A stretch of DNA of 64,000 bases from Macrostomum lignano (Eukaryota), in the NCBI GenBank assembly GCA_002269645.1, contig NIVC01001922.1:122417-186416 (forward strand), read 5' to 3'. The notes beneath the pieces are model-generated. The model had not been told where the DNA came from. It was given only the letters and a program-made list of their open reading frames with translations, and made no database searches. Shown piece by piece: positions 46,995 through 58,400 of this stretch. Each line of letters starts with the position of its first letter. Position 1 is the stretch's first letter. Both the position numbers and the translations under genes were made by a program.

Positions 46995-49211
46995 ATGCGA
47001 TCGCAGCAGCGGCAGCCCAGCCCAGACATGGCAGACTCCATCGAGACTGTCAGCGCATCAACCACCGCTTTAGTAGCATCAGCCACTTCAACTCCCGGTA
47101 TCGCCTCGGCGCCATCAGCATCCGCGATGTCGAGTTCTGCCACCGCCGCTATGGTGCCGCCGAAGAAGCGGGCGATCAGCAGCGAAGACCACCGGCGGGA
47201 CTCCGCAGGCCCGGACCCGCTCGACCTGTCCGGCCGCGGAGGCGGCAATCCGGCGGCGGCAGCGGGTGGCGCCAGCCCGGCCGCAGCGGGCAGCCAGCAG
47301 CGGGACCTTCTGCGAGACCACTACCTCCAGCTGCAGTACCTTCGACAGGTGGGCGGCTTCGGTTTCGTTGATGCGCAGCAGCAGCAGCAGCAGCAGCAGC
47401 TTCTTCTGCTGCATCACCTGCAGCAGCAGCAACAACAGCAGGCCTCGATGTACGCGCACTACCTGTACTGCTCATCGCTTGCCGGCAACGCGCCACTGAT
47501 GATGCCGCCATTCTTCGGCCTGCAGATCCAGCCGCCAACCTCCTTGGCCTTCCCTCACTTTGCGCAGCCGCAACTTCCGCCGCCACCTCCGCCGCCGGCC
47601 CTTCAGCAGCCGCCGCAGCTTTCGGCGCCTCCTACAACCGCGCCGTCTCGACTACCCGCCGCGCCGACAGCGAAGCGGCAGCAGCTCCCTCAGCAAGTTG
47701 CTGCCTCGCCAGCTGGCGGCCTCGCCACCCCCAAGACTTCGCCGTCGACGACCGCCTCCGCCGCAGCCTCAGCGGCAGTCGCAGCCGCCGCCGCCGCCGC
47801 CGCCACCGGCCGAGAAACGGACTTTGTCTGCTCATGCGAGCGCTCCTTCCCCAGCCTGATCAACCTGACGGTGCACCTGACCGAGACCGGGCACTCGCCG
47901 GCCGCGGGCATCAAGGAGAAGGACCTGCCCAAGCTGGTGCGCGGCCAGGACATGTGGATCAACTCGGAGACCGAGCAGACCAGGGAGATCCTGCGCTGCA
48001 TCCGCTGCCGCCAGAGCTTTCGCACCCTGCCTGAGCTCACCCTCCACATGATGCACAGCGGCCACTATGCGGAGATCATTTACAGCGAGCAGCAGCAGCA
48101 GCAGCCGCCGCAGGCGCAGAAAACTCCGCCATCCCAGCCCCCCAAGAAGTCGTCCCCGCTAGCCCTGCCGTCGCCGCAGCCGCAGCAGAAGCGGCGCCGT
48201 CAGGCAACAGCGGAGGTGACAGAGGCCGATTCGGCATCAGAGCAGCAGCAGCAGCAGCAGAAGAGCACGCTGGAGAAGATGAGGCAGTTCGTAGAAGACA
48301 ACCTCCGGATGGGGGCAGCTCAGCAGCCGCAGCCGCAGCCGCAAGCTTCGCCAACGCAGCAGTTTCAGCAGCCGCCGAGCCGCTGCGACTACCTGAGCCC
48401 GGACCGCGCCGCCAGCCCGCCGCCGGCCTCTCCCGCCGCCGCTACAGTCAACGGCCACGGCGCCGACTCGGCGTCGCTAGCGGCTTCGGCATCCTCAGCT
48501 GGGGCGGCGCTGGCCGACCCGCTGAGCTCCCTGCAGCGGCTGGTGGACACGGCGGAGCGGGCCGTGCCGACCGTCGCCAGTCCGGCTGCCCGGCCGGCGT
48601 CCGCTCCGGATACTCAGCAGCAGCAGCAGGCCGCGGTGCACGGAGGCCTCCTGCTCAGCCCGCTGTACCACCCGCTGTGCCAGCCGGCCTCATCAGCTGC
48701 CAGCAGGTCGTCCTCAGCCTCTTCAACTCCGGCAGCGGCAGCGGCGGCGACGGTGGCTTCGGCGGGCAGCCAGAAGCCGAAGCGAAAAACCTCGGGCCCG
48801 TCGGGGGGCAAGTCGGCCGAGAAGCTGCGCACCCTGCAAACGAACTCGGCGACTGCGGCTGCGGCTGCGGCAGCAGCAGCGGCGGGCGGGCTCCAGAAGC
48901 GGGCCAGGTGCCAGTACTGCGGCAAGCCGTTCGCCAACAAAGGCCAGGTGCGGCTGCACATCAGCAAGGGCAAATGCCCCCGCCTGATGGCCTCCTTCCC
49001 CGCCACCTGCATGCCTCCGCTGGTGCACCCGGAGCTCTGCGGCGCCGCGGCCGCAGCAGCAGCAGCCGCGGCAGCCTCAGCCGGCGCCGCAGATTCCTCG
49101 CCGCTGGAGTGCCTGCGGGCCGTAGCGGCGGCGGCGGCAGCTGCTGCAGCGGCTTCGGCGCCTTCTGGCACCTCGCCAGCTGCTGCCACCGGGCCCACTG
49201 ATGCGCGATGA
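46995..49211 (+). CDS. tsh: Teashirt/tiptop-family zinc-finger transcription factor (single large coding exon; true start uncertain)
   Basis: 738-aa ORF with the PLDLS CtBP-binding motif, teashirt-type fingers (CSCERSFPSLINLTVHLTETGH; KLVRGQDMWINSETEQTREILRCIRCRQSFRTLPELTLHMMHSGHY), a C-terminal finger CQYCGKPFANKGQVRLHISKGKC and poly-Q/poly-A tracts. A possible acceptor (TTTCAG) at about 46989 means a small upstream exon cannot be excluded. Confidence 0.9.
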   Translation: MRSQQRQPSPDMADSIETVSASTTALVASATSTPGIASAPSASAMSSSATAAMVPPKKRAISSEDHRRDSAGPDPLDLSGRGGGNPAAAAGGASPAAAGSQQRDLLRDHYLQLQYLRQVGGFGFVDAQQQQQQQQLLLLHHLQQQQQQQASMYAHYLYCSSLAGNAPLMMPPFFGLQIQPPTSLAFPHFAQPQLPPPPPPPALQQPPQLSAPPTTAPSRLPAAPTAKRQQLPQQVAASPAGGLATPKTSPSTTASAAASAAVAAAAAAAATGRETDFVCSCERSFPSLINLTVHLTETGHSPAAGIKEKDLPKLVRGQDMWINSETEQTREILRCIRCRQSFRTLPELTLHMMHSGHYAEIIYSEQQQQQPPQAQKTPPSQPPKKSSPLALPSPQPQQKRRRQATAEVTEADSASEQQQQQQKSTLEKMRQFVEDNLRMGAAQQPQPQPQASPTQQFQQPPSRCDYLSPDRAASPPPASPAAATVNGHGADSASLAASASSAGAALADPLSSLQRLVDTAERAVPTVASPAARPASAPDTQQQQQAAVHGGLLLSPLYHPLCQPASSAASRSSSASSTPAAAAAATVASAGSQKPKRKTSGPSGGKSAEKLRTLQTNSATAAAAAAAAAAGGLQKRARCQYCGKPFANKGQVRLHISKGKCPRLMASFPATCMPPLVHPELCGAAAAAAAAAAASAGAADSSPLECLRAVAAAAAAAAAASAPSGTSPAAATGPTDAR

Positions 49212-49609
49212 CCGCCTCCTGGCTGGTGCACAATATGCACTTCAGGGTCAGTTCAGGTCTGTTTAACTATTCCAATTAGCACCTGCATGTACACTCGAGA
49301 CTGGCAGTCAGCCAATATTCAATATGCAGTGCCTCGCGTACTTTCTGCTCTGTCACACTCCTGGAGATGTCGCGCCCCATAAAATCTGCTGTATCTGCTG
49401 TATCATTGATTTGTCTGTGCTGCCAAATTCCCTGTCAAGCCTTTCCTGTTCAGCGTATCGTTTTTTTAGCGAAATTAATTTGGTGAGTTGAGCATCAACT
49501 CCTCACAGTTTTAGTGTCACTTTGCTGCTTGTCCAGGCATGCTTTGTCCTTCTTGTTGTTACGCATGCCGCTTGCTTCATCAACTGCAGGAATCTTGAGA
49601 AAGAATAAA

Positions 49610-49875
49610 AGTTATCTATCTCTCTTATCTCACCTTTTATCTCTCTCTATCTCACCTCTGTCTCTGTATCTCTATCTCACCTCTATCTCTCTTTATCTCA
49701 CCTTTATCTCTCCGTATTTCACTTCTGTCTGTCTATCACAGTCTATCTCTCTTTATCTCACATCTATCTCTCTTTATCTCACCCTCTATCTCTCTTTATC
49801 TCACCTCTGTCTCTGTATCTAACCCTCTATCTCTCAGTATCTCACCTCTGTCTCTGTATCTCACCCTCCTTGAAT
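49610..49875 (+). repeat. CT-rich low-complexity repeat (TCTCTATCTCACC)
   Basis: Degenerate tandem units downstream of tsh. Confidence 0.8.
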
Positions 49876-50159
49876 TCTCACCCTCCTTAAATGAGTTTTG
49901 AAGCTCCTGCACTCTTGGCTGGTGCTTGAGCTGCTGGCTCCTGATCTCTGTTAATTTGCGATCTGCCTCTGTCACTGTTAGTGAAACTTGGCTCATGGCA
50001 TGCTACTGGTTGGTGTCGCGCTTGGAACAATACAATGATGATCGCACTGTACTTCCAGTCACATTCTTTAATGATTTGCGTCAGTGTAACTGAAGTGTTT
50101 CTGGCTTATTTTCATGGATTTTTTCAACTTTTTTTATTAGAAGAGCTAATTTCCTACAG

Positions 50160-50470
50160 ACAGGCAGACGGGGGAGACAGAAGGGAAGACAGTAAATCGA
50201 GACAAGGATAGAAGCGAGACTATATTGAGGGAGACGGAAGAGGGGAGCAGAAGATGGGAGACAAGAGAGGGAAGACATGAGAGGGAGGGGGGAGAGAGGG
50301 GAAACGAGAGGGAGGGGGCAGAGGGGAGACACAAGGAGACAGGAGATGAGAGGGAAAATAGGAATAAAAGGAGAGGGGAGACAAGAGAGGGAAGATAGGA
50401 GAGATGAGACAAGATATGGAGGGGGAGAGAGGGGAGACAGGAGAGGAGACAAGAGGGAGACAGGAGGGCA
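50160..50470 (+). repeat. GA-rich polypurine tract
   Basis: About 300 bp almost entirely G/A. Confidence 0.8.
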
Positions 50471-51127
50471 CCAGGCAGAGCCTGTATCCAGGCCAATAAG
50501 CATAAAATTTGTCAGGCTGCGAAATGCCAACTGGCCCCAAGAAATCCTAAAGGAATGCCATTCAGCCAATGCTTTTGTTTCTCAAGTCACGGAAGCCGAA
50601 GTCCCGCAGGAGGCGTTCGCTTTCATTTTATAATAAGTTTATCTAGCCAACTTGTTACCTCCTTGGCCTCCGGGGTAGCAACCGCGGCAGTCAATTCGGG
50701 CGAGCTGAAGCCCTGTCGGACCCGATGGAAGTTTTCACAACTGAACCGGCGGCACGTGACTTTATAAATCTTCTCTCCCAGCAAGTCAGTCGCCAGGGTT
50801 GTAAATAAAACTCGCTCGCTCCCAATGCCGCGATTGCCGATTAGCGGTGAATAGAGAGGCAGAGAAGGCCTGTTCGAGTCTCACAATAAAAGCGGGAAAT
50901 TCGATAGCTGAACAGTTTGGATTTGGCTATTTATCGATATGGCGTGTGAAATATTGTTTTCCTGACAATAAATTATCGTTCAGTCATCGCGGCATGCATT
51001 TTTGCGACAACAAATTCCCAAAGCCCATGGCTCCTGACACCCAGCTGTTTTGCTTCATTCTGTTCAAGCGCAATGAAGCCTTAAGGCCGGCATCAGGTGA
51101 ACCCTACCGTACCTGCTCTGCTCTTCA

Positions 51128-51652
51128 TTCTACTCCCCCTTCTACCGTGTCTACTCCCTTCTATCGTGTCTACTCCCTTCTACCGTGTCTACTCCCTTCT
51201 ACCGTGTCTACTCCCTTCTACCGTGTCTACTCCCTTCTATCGTGTCTACTCCCTTCTACCGTGTCTACTCCCTTCTACCGTGTCTACTCCCTTCTACCGT
51301 GTCTACTCCCTTCTACCGTGTCTACTCCCTTCTACCGTGTCTACTCCCTTCTACCGTGTCTACTCCCTTCTATCGTGTCTACTCCCTTCTACCGTGTCTA
51401 CTCCCTTCTACCGTGTCTACTCCCTTCTACCGTGTCTACTCCCTTCTACCGTGTCCACTCCCTTCTACCGTGTCTACTCCCTTCTACCGTGTCTACTCCC
51501 TTCTACCGTGTCCACTCCCTTCTACCGTGTCTACTCCCTTCTATCGTGTCTACTCCCTTCTACCGTGTCTACTCCCTTCTACCGTGTCTACTCCCTTCTA
51601 CCGTGTCTACTCCCTTCTACCGTGTCTACTCCCTTCTACCGTGTCTACTCCC
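51128..51652 (+). repeat. 19-bp minisatellite (CTACTCCCTTCTACCGTGT)
   Basis: About 27 near-perfect units. Confidence 0.95.
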
Positions 51653-52337
51653 AATTAAAGCAAATCTACTCCCTATTCTACCGAGTCTGCTCCCTCTTCT
51701 ACCGTGTCTTACTCTCTTCTTCTGAATCTTATTCTCTTCTACACTATAACTCCCTGTTCTACACCATATAAATTTCCTACAATTGGAATCCCCATTTTCG
51801 TGTTCCCGTCCCTGCCTGCTCTCCCTCTCTACAAGCCCTCAACCGCAGCTCCGGCGGTTGAATATCAGCGACATTCCCCGCACCAAAACTGGCACCGCGC
51901 GCCTCTGGAAACATCAAACAGGACCGCCAACCGCATTGCGGCCTACAGAAGCCCGGGCGTGCGGCAATATTAGAGTTGAAAACACCGGCCGCTATACAGG
52001 GGCAGGCACTGGCGATGCGATAAGGCAGTTCGAGATAAGAGAGACCGGCAGCGTTCGGCTGCGGGAGGGGCCGCCAGTGTGCAGCTGGCAGCGATCGCCT
52101 ATTAACTGAAAACACAATTGCGCCAATGCAGATTTGCCGTGTCAAAGTGCAGCGCAGGCAGTGAACGCTGGATCGGACTTATCAATCTGTTTCCCTCGCT
52201 TGCGCCATGCAGCACTGACAGAATCTGCGCGGCTAGTGAAAACCGCGATCATGTGACAGAGGGGCTGCGAATTTATGCTAATTCTTCAGTCTGATAAATG
52301 AGCGTCATTCCGCTTTGGCAGAATCCGGCACCACTGT

Positions 52338-52660
52338 ATTGACCCCGGGCGGGAGTGGGTCAGATTGGGGCGGATTGACCCGGGCGGGAGTGGGTCAGAT
52401 TGGGGCGGATTGACCCCGGGCGGGAGTGGGTCAGATTGGGGCGGATTGACCCCGGGCGGGAGTGGGTCAGATTGGGGCGGATTGACCCCGGGCGGGAGTG
52501 GGTCAGATTGGGGCGGATTGACCCCGGGCGGGAGTGGGTCAGATTGGGGCGGATTGACCCCGGGCGGGAGTGGGTCAGATTGGGGCGGATTGACCCCGGG
52601 CGGGAGTGGGTCAGATTGGGGCGGATTGACCCCGGGCGGGAGTGGGTCAGATTGGGCGGT
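52338..52660 (+). repeat. 36-bp G-rich minisatellite, about 9 units
   Basis: GATTGACCCCGGGCGGGAGTGGGTCAGATTGGGGCG. Confidence 0.95.
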
Positions 52661-53169
52661 TTGACACGGCAAGAGTGGGTCAACTCGGCCAGCACTGTAA
52701 CATGTACATGCAGCCACAATGAAAATTCGGAGGATCAGCCAAGTCTTCCTTACAGCTGCCGGCGAGGGGTATAAATTATCCCATGAAACTGCATCCCACT
52801 GTTGAACGAATCTGTTCCCCCAACCGTGCAGGACCCCCCCCCCACAGACTCAAAGCGAGCTACGAGCTGTTATCTCAGCTCCAGCACCGGCCGAGCTCAA
52901 ATATATGGCGGCCGTGCAGGCTGCAGCTTCCGCAGTCCATCAAGCGGCTCTCTGCGACAGATTTACAGCTGTGCGAGTGCAGCGCTGCCGCAACTCGGGT
53001 CCCCAATGCAGTGATTTATCCGGGGTGTTTATGGCTGTTGGCTGTGGCCAGAAACCCGCATGCAGTTCTGAGTCAGTCCACGAACTGCTTCGTGGAAAAA
53101 GCCCATTACCTCCAATATCCACATTATAATCCCTCCTCATCTCTGCTCCCCATCCTTACTTCTCAACTA

Positions 53170-54292
53170 CCCATCCATCCCAACTCCTCAAATCCCCATC
53201 TCTACTCCTCAAATCCCCATCGCTACTCCTCAAATCCACCATCCTACTCCTTTAATCCGCATCCCTACTCCTCAAATCCCCATCCCTACTCCCCAAATCC
53301 CCATCGCTACTCCTCAAATCCCCATCCCTACTCCTCAAATCCCCATCCCTACTCCTCAAATCCCCATCCCTACTCCTCAAATCCGCATCCCTACCACTCA
53401 AATCCCCTTACGTATTCCTCAAATCCCCCATCCATCTCTACTCCTCGAATCCCCATCTCTACTCCTTAAATTCCCATCCCTATTACTCAAATCCCCATCC
53501 ATCCTACTCCTTAAATCCCTATCTATCTCTACTCCTCAAATCCCCATCCCTACTCCTCAAATCTGCCATCCCTACTCCTCAAATCCGCCATTTCTACTCC
53601 TCAAATCCCCATCCCTACTCCTCAAATCCCCATCCCTACTTTTCAAATCCCCATCCCTACTCCTCAAATCCCCATCCCTACTCCTCAAATCCCCATCCCT
53701 ACTCCTCAAATCCCCATCCATTCTCCTCAAATCCGCCATCCCTACTCCTCAAATCCGCATCCCTACTCCTCAAATCTTCATCCCTACTCCTCAAATCCCC
53801 ATCCCTACTCCACAAATCCCCATCACTACTCCTCTAATCCACATCCCTACTCCTCAAATCCGCATCCCTACCACTCAAATCCCCTTACGTATTCCTCAAA
53901 TCCCCCATCCATCTCTACTCCTCGAATCCCCATCTCTACTCCTTAAATCCGCCATTTCTACTCTCAAATCCGCCATTTCTACTCCTCAAATCCGCATCCC
54001 TACTCACCAAATACCCATCTCTACTCCTCAAATCCGCCATCCCTACTCCTTAAATCCCCATCCCTACTCCTCAAATCCCCCATCCCTACTCCTCAAATCC
54101 GCCATCCCTACTCCTCAAATCCCCCATCCCTACTCCTCAAATCCACCATCCCTACTCCTCAAATCCCCCATCCCTACTCCTCAAATCCACCATCCCTACT
54201 CCTCAAATCCGACATCCCTACTCCTCAAATCCCCATCCCTACTCCTCAAATCCACCATCCCTACTCCTCAAATCCCCCATCCATTCTCCCCA
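53170..54292 (+). repeat. About 21-22-bp minisatellite (CTACTCCTCAAATCCCCATCC)
   Basis: About 50 degenerate units. Confidence 0.93.
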
Positions 54293-55139
54293 AACCTTAT
54301 CGATTGCAAGCATGAAAAGCAACGATAAAATGAGCAGTTTGGTTTTGCAATCATCAAAGAAAGCAAGTGCAATCTTGCAACAAATATGGATAAGAAGATT
54401 CCTCATGAAAGTCGAGCTGGCTCGAATTCAAATTCTCATGCTCTAAAGCGGTGTATATTTAATCTGTCATCAAACCCGGGGCACTGCAGTCACACATGGC
54501 AGTAAATGCATGGTCAAAGTGCCGATTTTGCAAGGAAGCTTTGCAGCATGCAACAAAATAATGCTTTCTGATATTCGGACAGGCACGACAAATATGAGAA
54601 ATAAATAATAGATAAAAATTCCAACCATACTACTGCCATTGGTCAGCAGTAGAATGTTGGGGACATGCAACGATAAATTTAAGATATCATTTGATTTGGT
54701 TGCAAAGGCAAATGGGCAGACAAGCAAAAACGTTAAAGAAGGGAACAAGAAGCCGATTCGCCACCTCAGAAGGGATTCAAAGATCAACGGTGGCAATTAT
54801 CAAGCCAAGGGTGAAAGCAGTTCTTGACTAGGCATGCTTGCATGTTGGCAATGGTTAAGCATTGGAGGGATGTGGGGAATGCAGGCACACGCAAAATAAT
54901 TGTCCAAATTTTGTTGCAAATATTCACTTAGAATTTTGGGATGCAGGGTACTGCGAATCTGGAGCAGCTGCGCCCCAACCTTTTTTTCCATTGGTAAATA
55001 ACAAAAATTACGAATTCAAATATCAACCCTCGTCAAGGTAGGAAAACCGGCGCACATCAGAGAAGTAAACAGCGGAAACCAGCACGCATGCGCGAGGTCC
55101 CGGTAGTCTTGAGCTCTTAGCAACAGAACAGGTCAAGCA

Positions 55140-55480
55140 ACAGAACCGCTTCTATAGTAACCGAGTTCCAAACCTAGCAACAAATTTTATCGCCTTGCAA
55201 CAACAGATTATAACAGTTTCCATAGCAACCGAGTCTCCCAGCCTAGCAGCAGAATTATTTCAGTTTTCATAGCAACCGAGTCACCAGCCTAGCAGCAAAA
55301 TCATTTAGTTTCCATAGCAACCGAGTCCCCAGTATAGCAACAAAATCAATTTAGTTGCCATAGCAACCGAGTCCCCAGTCTAGCAACAAAAATCATTTCA
55401 GTTTCCATAGAAACCGAGTCCACAGTATAGCAACAAATTCATTTAGTTGCCACAGCAACCGAATCCCCAGCCTAGCAACT
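55140..55480 (+). repeat. About 42-bp degenerate minisatellite in the ABCF3 3' UTR
   Basis: TAGCAACCGAGTCCCCAG...TAGCAACAAAATCATTT units abut the stop codon. Confidence 0.85.
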
Positions 55481-58400
55481 AAGCCAGCTCGAGCTCCTTC
55501 TCTACCAGCCGCCTGTAGGCGTCAATGCCACCCTCAATAGTCCGCACCAGGCCATCGGAGACCAGCCACAGCTCGGTGCAGATCATCTTGATCAATCGCT
55601 CATCGTGCGACACCAGCACAACGCCGCCGTTGAAGGAGTTCAAGGCGTCGCCAAGGGCTTTGATGGTCTGCACGTCCAGGTGATTGGTGGGCTCGTCCAG
55701 CACCAGGAAGTTCGGCCGGCCGGCGGCGATCAGGGCGAAGGCGATTCGACATTTCTGGCCGCCGGACAGCAGGCGGATTTGGCGCAGCGCCAGGTCGCCA
55801 CCGGCGCCAAACTGTCCGAGCTGCTGCCTGTAGGCCTCCTGCGGCTGGCCGGGAAATGTCCGGGCCATGAACTCCAGTGGGGTCGAGTTCAGGTCGAGCT
55901 GGTCAACGAAGTGCTGGGAGAAATAGCCGATGCGCAGGCTGCGGTGCGCGTGCCGGACGCCCTTCGATGGGGACAGGTCGCCGAGGATGATCTTCAGCAG
56001 CGTGGATTTGCCCTGCGGAGTCGGGTGGGTGGCGTTGCTATGGTTACTGCTGGCATCACTTGATTCCACAGCATTCCTACCATTCCTACTCTCTAAAGCA
56101 TTCGTCTTCAGCATCATTTTGCTAGGAGTTGTTAGGGGAGATTTGAAACAGGAATTTAGGAATCTATTAATAGATAGGGATTATTTTATCTCTATTCTAA
56201 GGATTTTAAACCAGTTCGGGATTTTTATCCCTAGATTCCAATCCAGATGGGGATTTTTATCCCTAGATTCCAAACCAGTTCGAGATTTTTATCCCTAGAT
56301 TCCAATCCAGATGGGGATTTTTATCCCTAGATTCCAAACCAGTTCGAGATTATTATCTCTAGATTCCAAACCAGATTGGGATTTTATCCCTAGATTCCAA
56401 ACCAGATTGGGATTCTTATCCCTAGATTCCAAAACAGATAGGGATTTTTATCCTAGATTCCAAACCAGATTGGGATTTTATCCCTAGATTCCAAAACAGA
56501 TAGGGATTTTTATCGCTAGATTCCAATACAGATTGGGATTTATATCTCTAGATTCCAATACATACAGGATTTTTATCTTTAGATTCCGAACCAGATAGGG
56601 ATTTTTCATCTCTAGATTTCAAACAGATTGGGATTTTTATCCCTAGATTCCAAACCAGATATGGATTATTTTTATCTGTATTCTAGATCAATTCAGATTG
56701 GGATTATTTTTATCCCTATTCTAGGATCCCAATCCAGATTGGGATTTTTCCAACCCAATTCTAGGCTTTCGTTTTGACAGGCGCCCCTCACCTGGCCGTT
56801 CTCTCCCACAACGCAGATCCTGGAGTCGGAGCCGGCGCAGGCGCAGACGCCCTTCAGCACGGTCCGGTCGCTGCCCGGATAGCCGAACACGACCTCGTCC
56901 AGCTGCAGGATGGGCGGCGACAGCTTGTCCTCGACCGGCGGGAACTTCATTGTGACCTCCGAGTCGTGGACTGGCGCCTCCAGCTTGGGCATGGCCTCCA
57001 GCATCTTGATGCGGGACTGCACCTGGCTGGCCCGGTTGGCGTTGTAGCGGAACCGGTCGATGAACTTCTGGATGTGCTCCCGCTCGGCCATCTGGGCGTC
57101 GTACTCGCGCTGCTGGTTGAGCAGCTTCTCCTCTCTGGAGCGCACAAACGTGTCGTAGTCGCCCTTGTAGTACTCCAGCCTCCTGTTGCTGATGAAGAGG
57201 ATGTCCGTAGAGACGGCGTTTAGGAAGGCGGTGTCGTGGGACACAACTAAGAGGGTGTTTGGCCAGCGCTGCAGGTAGTTCTCCAGCCAGATGATGGCCT
57301 TCATGTCCAACATGTTGCTGGGCTCGTCCAGCAGCAGCAGGTCCGGCCTGCGGTGGCGGGGCAGTGATAATGGGACAGGGTTAAGCCTGGGACTTTGGGG
57401 TTCGAATTTCGAAATGACCCTAAAAACTCCCTTCAGAACCCTAAAACCTGCCTTCAGAACACTAAAATCCTCTCCAAAACCCAAAAACATCCCTTCAGAA
57501 CCCTAAAAACCTTCCTTCAGAACCCTGAAATCCGCTTCAGAACCCTAAAACGCCCCTTCAGAACCCAAAACCCCTTGAGAACCCTAAAACCCCTTGAGAA
57601 CCCAAAAACCCCTTGAGAACAAAAAAACCCCTTGAGAACCCAAAACCCCATTGTGAACCCCAAAACCCCATTGAGAACCCCAAAACCCCATTGAGAACCA
57701 AAAAACCCATCTAGAAGCCCAGTTATTTCCAGGCTTCGGTGGAGAGGCTAAAAGTGATATTCCTTCATGGCAAAACTAAAATAAAGGCAGAGATTCGCGC
57801 TTTTCAGCACTCACTTGGCAAACAGCGCCCTGGCCAGCGCCAGTCGCATTCGCCAGCCGCCGGAAAACTGCTTTGTGGGCACGGTCTGCATCGCCGGCGT
57901 GAAGCCCAGGCCGTGCAGGATGCTGGCGACCCGGGACGGCGCCTTGTCCGCCTCGATCGCGGCCAGCTCGGCGAACAGGGCGGCCAAGCGGTCGGCGGCG
58001 CCTGGCGCGTCTGGCTCGGCGCGGCAGCGCGCCTCCTCGGCCAGCAGGCGGGCCCGCTGCTCGTCGGCCTGCAGGACGCTCTCGACTGCCGGAGTATCGT
58101 CACCTGCCACCTGGGATTGGGGAAGCCCGGCGGGTTGGGGAGAATGTGAGTGGCTCAGCTTCAGGTCATTTAGACTCCTCATCTAGAGATTGTAAATCTA
58201 GATATAGAAACCGTGAATTCGGATACAGAAACCGTGAATGCGGATAAAGAAACCGTGAATTCGGATACAGAAACCATGAATGCGGATAAAGAAACCGTGA
58301 ATTCGGATACAGAAACCGTGAATGCGGATGCAGAAACCGTGAATTCGGATACAGAAACCGTGAATTCGGATACAGAAACCATGAATTCGGATACAGAAAC

